From contig NC_088858.1 in assembly GCF_963853765.1 (NCBI RefSeq), positions 43,276,001 through 43,340,000 of the forward strand: a DNA stretch of 64,000 nt. The letters are read 5' to 3'. The DNA comes from Magallana gigas. Taxonomy: Eukaryota. The notes under the pieces were generated by a model. That model was not told where the DNA came from. It made no database searches and saw only the letters and a program-made list of their open reading frames with translations. The translations under genes and the position numbers were made by a program. Positions within the stretch are counted from its first letter, which is position 1. The number at the start of each line of letters is the position of its first letter. This document shows, one piece after another, positions 1-11,600 of this stretch.

Positions 1-700
1 TATTCTGAATTTGCCCTATTATTTTTTATTTGTTTGTTTGTTTGAATTCATATACACTTGATTTCCTTCAATATGACAGTAGATGGTTTAATTGGATTGT
101 TTCCCTTTGGCTATATTAAAAAAAAGGTCTTTCACCTAGGGAAGTACTTTTTTGACCATTATTTCAATTCGTTCCAAAGCACACTCTTACACACAATTTC
201 GTGTCATTCCTTCAAATCTAAAAAGAGGAGATCATTGAAACAATTCCTGTTGTTTTCAAAAAATAATTCTGATAGTAGGTTATCTTTCTTGATCAGACAT
301 TTTTGTGTAAAATATTACACAGTATAAATTATAAAGTTGTAGTTGCAAACATCTGTGAAGAATTCCTGTTTCATAATTAAAAACTAGAATATACTTCCTC
401 AATATTTTCATCGTTTTCATCTTAAAAAGATTGTTCCTTTCGCGGAAACTCAAACCCTAGTAGGCCTATACTGGAAATTATTTTGTCCCAAGCATGCTGT
501 TGTGTGTATACGGCTTTTTCTTTTCATTAGACAGATACTTTTTTACAAATTGGACCCAGGTTTTTTTCTGTTTCAACATGCATTAATTTAAAGAGTATCT
601 CGCCTATATGTATATGTAAGCACTTCCTCAAAATGTGTTCCAATGTTAATTTTTTTTTTGCTTCAATCAACTGCAAGTTTTGCATTTAGGTAAAATTTGA

Positions 701-1653
701 AGAGACACGGGGGGCCACATCGCTCACCTGAGCAACAACAGACATAACTCTAAATAAATCATCATTACAGCATCAAAATCAAAATATCTAGACAACTATA
801 ACAACAATAGATCTTGCACACACAAAATTTTCTCTCTGTATTTTATGTAAAACTTGATCCCCTCATGGTGGTCCCACTCTAACCTGGGGACCATAATTTA
901 AACAAACTTGAATCTACACTACCTGAGGATGCTTTCACCCAAATTTGAGCTTTTTTGACCATACTACGGGTTTTTTTATAACAGATTTTAAGTTTTTCTC
1001 TATATATTGGGTGTATCCCTCTAACTATTTTTAGAATCGACAGGACAACGAAGTAGTGCCTTTAAGCAAAATAGCTCCTATACTTGCAGAGTGTATATCA
1101 GAATGCCTGACACATGTCAGAAAAGAGGATTTGCAATTTTAAAAGCAAGTGTTAAAATTGAATTTTCATTTGAAGAAAAGAATTGAAATTGTTTGATGTT
1201 CACCCTTTCCAAAACTGTGAAAGTCCCTACTTTAAGTATCATTTTCAGAGTTTTTCAATACAGACGCATTTTCCCGTAAAAAGAATCTGACTTCACATCA
1301 AGAAATTTTAACAGGAAAGAGACAGTTTGACAAGCTTTCATTCAAGAGGCCCCTTGTTGCTGAACAAAAATTAGGGCTGGAGCTATGAGCCCTATCATTA
1401 CCGCCTATGGAAAATGCATTAGTGGACTACACCCATATTCTATGTAAAAATGCATTAGTGGACTACACCCATATTCTATGTAAAAATTGATCCTCCCCTT
1501 TAATGAGAGACTGACCCCTCGTTTAAACAAACTTAAATTCCCTTCATCTAGTGATGCTTTGTGTCAAGTTTGGTTGAAACTGGCCCTGTGGTTCTAGAGA
1601 AAATGAAATGTGAAAAGTTGACAAGGTGAGCCTTTGGGTCAGATGAGCTAAAA
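701..1653 (+). mobile_element. Non-autonomous Helentron/HINE-like repeat (with internal insertion)
   Basis: Subterminal inverted motif GCTCACCTGA (722-731) vs TCAGATGAGC (1639-1648); 3' end GGTGAGC...TGAGCTAAAA. The same 3' motif recurs at ~8440-8475, ~28200 and ~39050-39080. Family assignment is from recall of bivalve repeats. Confidence 0.5.
1411..1482. repeat. Perfect 36-bp tandem duplication (2 copies)
   Basis: aaaatgcattagtggactacacccatattctatgta at 1411-1446 and again at 1447-1482. Confidence 0.95.
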
Positions 1654-1850
1654 CCTGAACCAAAATTCCCAAAGTACTACAACCATTATATTTGCATGTA
1701 TATTTCTTCATGGATACATAATGAAAGCAATCTTGTATTTAATGTCATCATTTACTCACCTATTTGAAATAATGAGCCACTATGATGATTTCTACCATAT
1801 GATAAAAAAGAAAACAACAAATGGATCATTTATGTATTATTTATAAAGTC

Positions 1851-1864
1851 TTTATTTCTTTATT
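1851..1864 (-). terminator. Candidate polyadenylation signals of SELENOF (2x AATAAA)
   Basis: tttatt at 1851-1856 and 1859-1864 (AATAAA on minus), about 70 nt downstream of the SECIS. Confidence 0.55.
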
Positions 1865-1931
1865 CAACAACTGCCACAATGCAGAACCTTTGTTTGGGCA
1901 AAACCAGACAACACCCTGAACAGCCTGACTT

Positions 1932-1999
1932 GGGACCTGAGATCCAGCAAGGCCTACCTTTTGCCAGGTTTCCTGCCCTGCCTTCATTGAAGCAGGCCC
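1932..1999 (-). promoter_or_regulatory. SECIS element (form 2) in SELENOF 3' UTR
   Basis: Minus strand reads GGGCCTG cttca ATGAA GGCAGGGC agg AAA CCT ggcaaa AGG tag GCCTTGCT GGAT ct CAGGTCCC: helix I, AUGA/GA kink-turn core, helix II, AAA apical bulge and CCU/AGG mini-stem. Confidence 0.9.
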
Positions 2000-2041
2000 A
2001 CAGTCACACTGTTCCAGGAATCAATTTCATTAAGATTATGG

Positions 2042-2240
2042 TAGACTTGTAAATATGCTCCTCTTAAACATGATTTGCAGATTTACAAATCCAAGATTAA
2101 AACCATAGATTTGTAAATCCACCTCTCTATAATATGCTGTGCAGATTTAATAGACTAATATTAAACGAGTAAATACGCTTTTTTGGGATATATGCTTTGC
2201 ATATTTACAAGTCTAAAATTTTGAATATTTACAAGTCTAT
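2042..2240. repeat. Degenerate inverted-repeat (MITE-like) remnant in SELENOF 3' UTR
   Basis: Perfect 17-bp inverted repeat tagacttgtaaatatgc (2042-2058) / gcatatttacaagtcta (2199-2215); related motifs near 2077, 2106 and 2225. Confidence 0.65.
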
Positions 2241-2723
2241 GATTACCGTAATTGGATTGTTCCAAGAGCCCAGCTGGGTCTTTACAAACAAAGAGAAATG
2301 CACTGCCTTTACAAACCTGCTCTGTGTTATACATGTAAATCAATGTTTTAAAAAAATTATTCTCTCTCAAATGGAAACCACTGGATTTATGAACAATGGA
2401 AATGATATAATTTTTTTTAAGTACATTAAGTGAATTTGTTGTACATTTATGTGAAACAGATACCTATGTGTTGCTTTAATGTCAAAGATAAAAAATAATA
2501 ATTCAAATCCAAAACAGAATCTGAACTCACAAAAATCATGTTATGCATTCTAAATAAAAAAAAATACATACAATTTTTCTTATTGTGACTTTTCTTTTTT
2601 TTTTCAAAGGTAATAAAAGTTACAAAAATTCCAAAAGTGTGGTCCTTGAATGCAAGTTCCATTTATCAACATGCTTCTGTAAATGTTTTTGGTGAATGAA
2701 AAATGAATATGATCAAACATTGA

Positions 2724-4445
2724 TTACTTATGTAATCTTTCTTGGAAAAATGCTTCCACAGAGTCTGTGTTCCATTTATCTATCCCAAGCTCTTCAACAA
2801 CATTACGGTTTTCGTCCATCAGTTTGATTGTGGGATCCATACCCCGCATGTACCTCACTGTTAGACGAGGAAATTGCTTTAGACGGTCCGACTTCACAAA
2901 TGCTGTAAGAACAACAAAACCTGTTCATTGATTTACTAATTACTACTGTAGTTACTGTTAGCAATTTCTGGATTTCTTCTCTAGAAATACTGCATTTATT
3001 ACTATGGTCATCAAACAATGATTGTTATTTTGTGCATCAAAAATAAGTCATGAAAATATACCTTGCACTTGTGGGAACCGTCCCAATTTTCAGTTGCAGA
3101 CATGCAACTCAGCATATGGATAAACCTAAAGTCACAGACATAAGGAATGTTAATTGTTCACCTCACTGAACAAATCATAACAATAAACCAACTATATGTA
3201 CATCAAAGAAATACAGTCTCAGATAAAAGTAATATTTAAAAAATTTGCAATTTTTTTTTTTTTAAAAATACCACCTGTATAAAAACAAGAGTCAACAATT
3301 TACAATCATGTGATTGTCATTTTGTATACCAGTTACTTGAAAAATAATGTTAACACATAAATATACCATACATGCACTATTTTAACTACACTTTATGACT
3401 TTTCATAAATTCCTATTGCAATTTAAATTTTCCTACTGGTAAATTAATCTTTGTTTTCCTGGTTAAATTAAATGATATAATTATCAATTACATGGTATTT
3501 CAAACCACTCAGGGCTTGACATTGCCTGATTGTACAAGAGTGAAGGAAAAAACCTCAGCAAATAATATTTGTGTGGCCAATTATTTTTCTCCCTTACTTG
3601 CTCTTAAAAAAGTTTTTCACTGATTCAGTAAGATTACATTGCATTTTATTGTTCATTTTAATCTGAAAACTATTTATGCAAGTAATACTTATTATACATG
3701 TATCCTACTTATCAAGAACACTGAATTTCAATAGGTAAGGTAACTTACTTTTAAAGCTTCATTTTCTGTATCTTCTTTTTGACAACACTTCAAACAACTC
3801 TCTTTTAATGAAGATAAGTTAAACTGATCCAGTTCATCACAAGCACCGCAGATCAGGTCTGTTGTTACAAATCCGAGACTTCTACACTCCTCCACAGAGA
3901 GCGAACTACATGCCACTCTGTCTATATACAGCTATGAAATGAAAATGAATAAAATTGACACAAAACAACATGACACCAGATAAATACTAAAATTAAATCC
4001 TAAAGTTTTTAAGTGTTTAAACAAATATATCGTATATTTTTTTTTAAATACTGCCCATCAAGATCTATTTGTTTGCTAACACTGAAAACAAAAAGATCAT
4101 TAAAATTTTAACAAAATAGTAAATCTTGTTCATATACACACTGAATAAAATAATAAGTTTCATAACTTTTCAAATATGTCGATAAATAAAGCTGATAAAT
4201 ACGACGAATGAAGCAAGATATTTCAAATGAAAATTGCGTGAGAAAGGATTACGTGTCAACAAGAGGTATAATTTCTTGTAAATAAAATACTTGTACACTT
4301 CTACAGCAAAAAACTATATAAAAACTACTCGAGAGATTGCTATTCTGTAACATGAAATGAATCAGGAGTCTATCTAGGTCTAACAATTATTAAAACTTAC
4401 TAAAATCGCTAGAAAATAGCCGAGGACACCACCTGTGTCCACCAT
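2724..4445 (-). CDS. SELENOF: Selenoprotein F (Sep15), 156 aa
   Basis: Exons 4445-4401, 3931-3749, 3125-3062, 2902-2724, all GT-AG and in frame. Protein: signal peptide MVDTGGVLGYFLAILLYID, Cys-rich ECRSLGF..LICGACDEL..CLKCCQ, then VCN-U(TGA 3092-3090)-KLGRFPQVQAFVKSD..RGMDPTIKL..KWNTDSVEAFFQERLHK. SECIS present downstream. Confidence 0.97.
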
Positions 4446-4460
4446 GTTGGAAAAAACTTC

Positions 4461-4494
4461 TTCCGGGAAAAGTTGCAAAACTCAAAACCAAATC
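4461..4494 (-). promoter_or_regulatory. Candidate core-promoter motifs upstream of SELENOF
   Basis: ttccgggaaaagttg (4461-4475, ETS-like) and caaaaccaaatc (4483-4494); both recur upstream of UMAD1. Confidence 0.35.
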
Positions 4495-5567
4495 CGTTTT
4501 AAACATCCGGTATAATGGGTTAGTATTTTTATTTTTTTTTTAATGTTTGCGCATGTTGTATGGAGCATAAAATGAATGTTCAAACACATATCCTATTTAC
4601 TATTATATACAGTATGTAGAGATTAAAACACTCATAAATCTGCATAAAATCATATATATACATGTACGCTACGTTTTAGCTCATACATACATGCATATAT
4701 GCATTTCCATCATGACGGTCACTTTTCAATATTTTGTTACAGTAATTTATCATCAAGAATAACTTGATCTTATAGTTATCCTTAACTTTATTAAGTTGTG
4801 CGAAATTTTAAATCGTAAGTCTAACGTCGGAACCGCCATCCCCACTTTCAATTTGCTTCCGACGCCACTGTTTTACATTCAACGTAACGTTATTCATAAA
4901 GCAAACTAGAACTTAATACCAACTTTTATAAGACTATGTAATAAATTCAAAAATGGCTTCACAGAAAAATCGTTGTAAAAAACTGCCTCCCTGAGACAAA
5001 ATTAATTTTATGTTGAAATTAAGAGTCAAAAATTTTCTAGAAAACTGCTATTTCTGATTTTTGTTTCAAGGAGGCATATTTTTTAAAATCTAACTTTTTG
5101 GAGAAAAAAAGTATTATTACCTGCGAATTTTAGGAAGGCGTCTTGATTTCCTCCACTTTTTTATTGTCTAGATTAGGCGAGAGTTGACATAGTTAGATGC
5201 TAAGCAAGACTGAATTTTTTTTTATTAGGATCGGATTCCGAAACGGTTTCTTATTTTCTGTATATACATGTACATTTTTAATTGCATAAAAAGTAATACA
5301 TGTATATGAATAATTCTGAAAATAAATAATGTCAGGATAAAGTTACTCAAACGTTTGTTAATGTACTATTTTGCACATGTGCTTATTTGTTCTTTCAACG
5401 TTACTTACATGAACGTTATACGTACACGTAAAGTCAAATTAAAAAAGACACTTTGGCTAAACCTGAGCACATACATGCTATTTAGACTGGTTAACATTTT
5501 TCAAAATCGTCCCATGTAACAAACAAAGAGGAGGAAGGGGAAAGGTTGTTTTGGGGGGGTTTTTTGT

Positions 5568-5588
5568 AAAAAAAAAAAAAAAAAAAAA

Positions 5589-5624
<36 letters not shown>
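5568..5624. repeat. Poly(A) tract
   Basis: About 55 A with one gc interruption. Confidence 0.95.
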
Positions 5625-5628
<4 letters not shown>

Positions 5629-6742
5629 ATTTACAGATGCAAAGAGTTACTTTATTATAGTATTATCAATTAACAAATTAACCGTTAGATTCGCTATAAA
5701 TAATTATTTATTAAAGAAAAAATCCATAAATTTTACCTTTTAAATTTGGGCATATTCCTATAATTTTACTTAGAGATCTTCTTCAAAAGGAGATCAATAC
5801 AGTCTAAAAATGGCCATTACCATCGACAACGTAACTTGTTATGTAAAAATAATTTATTTTACATGACGATCAATAGCAATTTATGCATCAATCGCAACAA
5901 AATTATAATATACACCGAATAAGAGCAGACATAAAAATGTCATGTATACATAAAAGTAAGTGCAAACATTTTTGTATAGAACTAGAACAAAGTACATCTC
6001 TGAATTCAATATTTTCATCAAAGGAATAACACTCCAGAAAATAGAAGTGATGGCTTTTTATATGCAAACCCAATATCCACACATATACATATAAATCTAC
6101 AAAAAAAGTACAATGCAATAAAAATATCAATATCATGCAAGTATGTAAATAGTGTTGGACAGTTTCAGTTCTTTTCAGTTCGAAGACGAGATATGACCGA
6201 TATGAAATCAACAATAAATGTAAGGCATTATTAAAATGAACACATGATGCCTTTTTATAATTACAAGTAATCAATTCTATTTCATAATTATACTTATCTA
6301 GTGACCTTCATTATTGTTCATCCACCACATTCTAGTACACTTGAATACTACTACATGGACCAAAAGATAGTGATACAACGTGTATTTTTTCTTCAAATTT
6401 TCAAATTCGTTGTTCTTTTAAATCGACACCAAAAAGAACTTAGCATCTATATCTAATAGAGGCAGAGTATTTTCCATCAGAATTTCATATATCAGAACAG
6501 ATATCCGGTATTTCTAATCATGCTATTTTTCCATTAAATACTAGTCATAAAACTCTCAACCCAAGAAAAACAAGTGCATCAAAACACCGCTGTTTTTAGA
6601 GAGGTGCACAAGACAGAGATAATTCTGGAGAAGACTATATATAGACCCTTCTTTGCAAAGATAAAGATAGCTAAATTCTTACATCTTTAATTAATTTTTT
6701 TATCAAATCATTCACAAAAAACCGCAAAATTATCGAAACAAA

Positions 6743-7201
6743 GGGCGCGATTGATTTAGCTGAACTTGATGTACACCAGTGTACACTGCGGTAAAAACAT
6801 TTTGAATTGAATATCAAGTGCACTTATATGGTGTAGTGTATATGGTGTAAGGAAGATAGGAATATATATCTCGGAAAAGGGTGCAGTTTTAACAGAGAAT
6901 CTGATGTTTCGCGACAGTCTGAGGATTTTTAGAGAAATAAGCACAGTTCAATTTTAATGGCTTTCATACAAAACACAACTTACATGCGACTTCTAACCCG
7001 TCATATTACTTCACATCATTTGTCAAGTATCCAATCATAACATTCGTCCGCCATTTTGGTTTCAGTGCTACACCAAACAAGATGGGCCCCTGACTTGGTG
7101 TAGAATTGTGCACACTCGGTGTACACCTAAACGCTACACCACTGCACTTGATTTACAAGAGTGTAAACGGCGCAATCATTTTTGGAAAATCAAGCACGCC
7201 C
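6743..7201. mobile_element. PIF/Harbinger-like MITE
   Basis: 15-bp TIR gggcgcgattgattt / aaatcaagcacgccc (13/15 match), 3-bp AAA on both flanks, repeated internal ggtgta/tacacc motifs. Confidence 0.5.
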
Positions 7202-7406
7202 AAAGATTCAGAATAAATAAACAAACAAAAAAAATGAAAATTGCATTGAAAAAAGTGTGCAGTGTTGTATTGTTGTATAAAATTTTATAGAAACATGTTT
7301 GGCGTAATTGTGCCCCGTTAGGCTTATTGCTATACTGATGTTAATTTTTGTAGACATTTATTTTTAAAAAAATTAGGATATAGAAAAAAGGTAAATTTAT
7401 AACATT

Positions 7407-8475
7407 AGGCCCGTGGGCCACACCGCTCACCTGTTTATGATAATTGGTTCTTGTAGCATTCTATCAGAAATTTTCAAATATGAAACTCTTTTAAAACAAA
7501 TGTATTATAAAACTCTCATATATTCCAATTGATATTACATTAAACAATGATATAAAAGAACGCTACTTTTTGGACATCAATTCCTAAGATCTACGAAGTA
7601 TCAATTGAGCAATCGTACTATCCTAGCCCCAACGTATTAAAATTAACACAATTGTTTATTGAACCGTTGAATAATTATATAAAATGTCATTGTAACCTGG
7701 ATATGAGTATATAAAGATGCTAACATAGTAAAGTAAATATATGTACCATTGTATTTCTTGAAAAAAAGATTTTTAAACATTGCTCGATCGTTTATACTTC
7801 TTTGTTAAACTTTGAACCCCTCTTAAGGCCCCAGTATTGGAGAACAGTTTAAAAAGTTAATTATATTGGCATTTCTGGCGCAGTTGTTCTTGAAAAGAAG
7901 ATATTATATTTACATTTTCCGGTGTCTTTGCCTGTGATAAAACTACGTATCGATTTTGTACTATATAACCCATAATACGAATGACGCAAAATTGAAGCGC
8001 CAGCGGGGTTTGCTTATTGATATTTAAATAATATTTAATCGTACGATGGCTTCAAATTATATAAATATAAGTAATAAGGAATCATTCTTTGAATATTATG
8101 AGGTGATAATTTCGGTCGGGGCGTGATCAAATCTATCATAAAGCCCTTCGGGCTTTACTGGATTTGATAACGCCCCGACCAAAATTATCACCTCATAATA
8201 CTCAAAGAATGATTCCTTATTCCTTATTTAAGACACACACCCTATTTGTATTGTTTATTCTTTATCTTCCTTTACAAAAGGGGTTCGCTTCTTATACTTA
8301 CAATTTATACTCAACTTTACATAAGGATACTTTGTACCAGTTTTTAAATAAATTTAGCTTTGTGGTTCTAGAGAGGAAGTCAAAATATTAAAGAGAAAGT
8401 GAAAAGTTTACAGACAGACGAACAACAGTTGATTAGAAAAGCTCACTTGAACATTTGCTTCGGGTGAGCTAAAAA
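7407..8475 (+). mobile_element. Second Helentron/HINE-like repeat containing a nested hairpin element
   Basis: 5' ggcccgtgggccacaccgctcacctg and 3' gctcacttga...tcgggtgagctaaaa match the ends of the 701-1653 element. Confidence 0.5.
8074..8220. mobile_element. Palindromic hairpin element (family A, longest copy)
   Basis: About 55-bp inverted arms ataaggaatcattctttgaatattatgaggtgataatttcggtcggggcgtgatcaaatc / its near-complement, around a central aaagcccttcgggcttt. Related copies at 10258 and 25545. Confidence 0.8.
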
Positions 8476-8671
8476 CCTCTCTAAGTTGAACATTAGTAAA
8501 TGTTCTGTTACTAAATTACATTAATTTATAATTCATCAAAGTTTTTAAAAAAAAAGGTTATAAAACAACCTTTAAAAATGCTGACTATTGAACACTGCCA
8601 TTAGCTTTTAAAAGTCGTCGTATTATTTATATTTTTTTTCTTACAAAATAACATCTTAAACTTATACGTCA

Positions 8672-11600
8672 TCATAATGCTGGTAAAGAATGCATTTCTT
8701 CGCTTATAAATGAATCTCGTTTCGTTTGCTTAAGTTTGGGATTTGGCAAAAACGGAATGTACTTCATGATTGACAAGTTTTTGACGCGTTCCGGAAGCAG
8801 AGGGTCGTACAATGAGATATCCCCCTGTGTGTATACACTGGACTGGCCTTCTTCCGGCGTCTCTGAACTCTGCCAGGCCGTGATTCCTCGCTCCTCCTTT
8901 GTCCCTTAAAAAAAATTTCATTCTTTTATTCGTAAATATACATGTATGTATTCTGATATCGTAGGAAATCCACGGCCAGCCTCTCATACACAAGCGAAAT
9001 CGATGCACGAGTGGAGTGGAGTTTTGTTTACACATGAAAAACGTACCTGGAAGAGTATTGTCCATAAAACATGCTAAAAGAGCACCAGTTAAATTAGCAT
9101 TGCCCAGAAGCGTGCGTAAAATTCTGTCGGCGTTTTCATTCCCTGAAAATGGAAAGTAAAATAGCATTCAATGTATCATTGTTTTCATGAAAACCCTTTA
9201 AACATCAAACCTTCATCAGAGCAAAAAAGGCGCACCTGTTTGAATACCATCGGGAGTTTTCTCCACCCAGTAAGGTACAGCCAGTCCCATTATAACGGAC
9301 AGACCAATAATTGCGAGGTTTCGAGTGGAGGTGAGATTGACGTACTGAAGATTCGACAGGACCACCCCAATGAACATCCCAAACATGACGATGAGCGCCC
9401 CACCAAGCACGGGGTGGGGGATGGTAATGAAGACAGCAGAAAATTTACCCACCAAGCCAAAGGCGATGTAGATTATTCCACACAGCACAAACACTTGTCG
9501 GCTGCCAACCTGTACAACACATACACGAGATGACAACATCACGAGTTAAACAGAGTTTCAGAAGAAATGAGAAACGACTGAAAGTTAACTGATTTAATTT
9601 AAAAACATTATAATTTTATGAATAAAAAAACAATTTTTACTTTTGTAATGCCGACTGCTCCAACGTTGCCGCCATACGTCGACGTAGCGTGCCCACATCC
9701 CATGATTCCAGAGAAGAACGTACAGAGTCCTTCTATGGCGATACCCCTGTTGGTGGCGTGATTCGGAGGCGGTGGGACGTTACACGTTTTTGCGCATGCG
9801 TAATAATCTCCGATGGAGTCTAGAACTGAGATCATGGTTGCGATGAGGAATCCCACGAACACGCTTACACTGAAGTCAGGGGGACCAAACTGTCCTAGAA
9901 AAATAATAAACAGTCATGGTGAAGACCTCGTAAGTTGTTAGAACTTGTGTCCTATCCATTTGGATATGTGTGTTATATATATATACAATAAAATATGTTA
10001 AAATCAGATTTGAATTAATCTGCGATACATGTTTATTTATTTTTTTTACAAAAATGCTATACTATAATATATAGGTACAATTGTGTACCTGTCTGATCAA
10101 CCGAATTATAGAAAACTCTTATAGGCGGAATTTTTATTTCAATATTTACATGTGTCAGTGTCTTTGTTTGTGATTACACTACTAATCGATTTTGTAATGC
10201 ATAGATTAATACATTTCATCAATGTCTATTTTAATGTTTATTAAATTAAATATAAGTAATAAAGAATCATTCTTTGAATAAATACGACCCGGGATGATCA
10301 GATTTGATCACATCCGACCGTATTTAATCACCTCAAATAATACTCAAAGAATGATTCCTTACTCTTTTATTAAAATGGGACTTTTCAATACCTGGATATG
10401 GAAAGTAAAACCAGTTAGCATCTGCGATGGCTTCATGACCGATATCAGTCCTTGCCAGGTCGTTGCCCTCTAACAAGCCACATGCTGTGAAGATTCCAGA
10501 GACTCCCCAGCCAATCAACATGGCGATCAGGATCTGTCGTAAATAGGAGAAAACGTGTGTGGAGAGGAATTGATTTTTCAATCAAGATTTACTGTTTTCA
10601 GCAAGAAATTAGACAACCCGGCCTAATATTAGTCTTCAGTGACTGCAAGAGGCTCTCAGACTGATTTATGAGTTAGATTTCTCTAGCCTTTTGATAAACA
10701 GTTTTCGACGCTTTTTTGTATTCAAGAAAAACGATTAAACGAGACTAGAAAGCATAGTTTTTTTTACCAAGCAAGAGCTATTTGGTTTTTCTTTAAACCA
10801 ATGTCGAGTGTCGTATCAAGACTGTCCTTTCATATTGTAAGGTAAGATTAATATACCGCAAACACTTGATGGAGGGGATATCGCATCACGTGACAGCCTC
10901 TCTTTTTGGTCCACATGGGGATAGGAAGCTTCCATCTAGCGAGATACAGGGAAAATATGACGGACAAACCAGCTGTCCTAAAAAAACGAAACAAATGATC
11001 AGTTGCAGTTAAATATACATACACATGTTTTTTAAGTTTGAGAATTGAATAAATGTATTTTCAAAATGAAAATTTACAAACAGAGTAAAATTCGTCCGGT
11101 CCTCTGGAGGCCTAACATTTTTGTTTTAACATCTTTTTTTGAAAGAAGATGGATGAATAAGGCGTGTAAATTGTCCATATGGGGATAGATATGATACTAT
11201 AAAATTAAAATATGAACAAATCTCATAATTTCTTTCTAAATTATTGAAAACAATGTTTATTTTCCCTAACATCGATTTATAACCTTTAAATATGTTAGAT
11301 ATTTAGAATAGGTTGATTTAAACTGGCGTATGCGTATCAAAATCTCCAAATAGTGTCATTTTTAGAACTTCAATGCCTTTTCTTCTATAGAGTGGGTCTG
11401 AGCTCCATATTTTTGTCATTGTCTACATAAGGTTTAAAGGAAATCAAACCGATTTCAAACAACGAAAACATGAAGAGATGACCCACTTTACTTTAAAAAT
11501 GTCATTTTGTATCCCAACAATTGAACGTTTTAGTGAAATACTACAAGTCCGTAAATTCGTGGTTGAAGTTCCATTTAGCACTTCATATTGAAGTTTGTTA

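Noticed and set aside
8730-9533. ORFs 8730-9167 (3' part) and 9171-9533 as separate genes
   Set aside because: They are intron read-through or antisense shadows of SLC23 exons 9-11.
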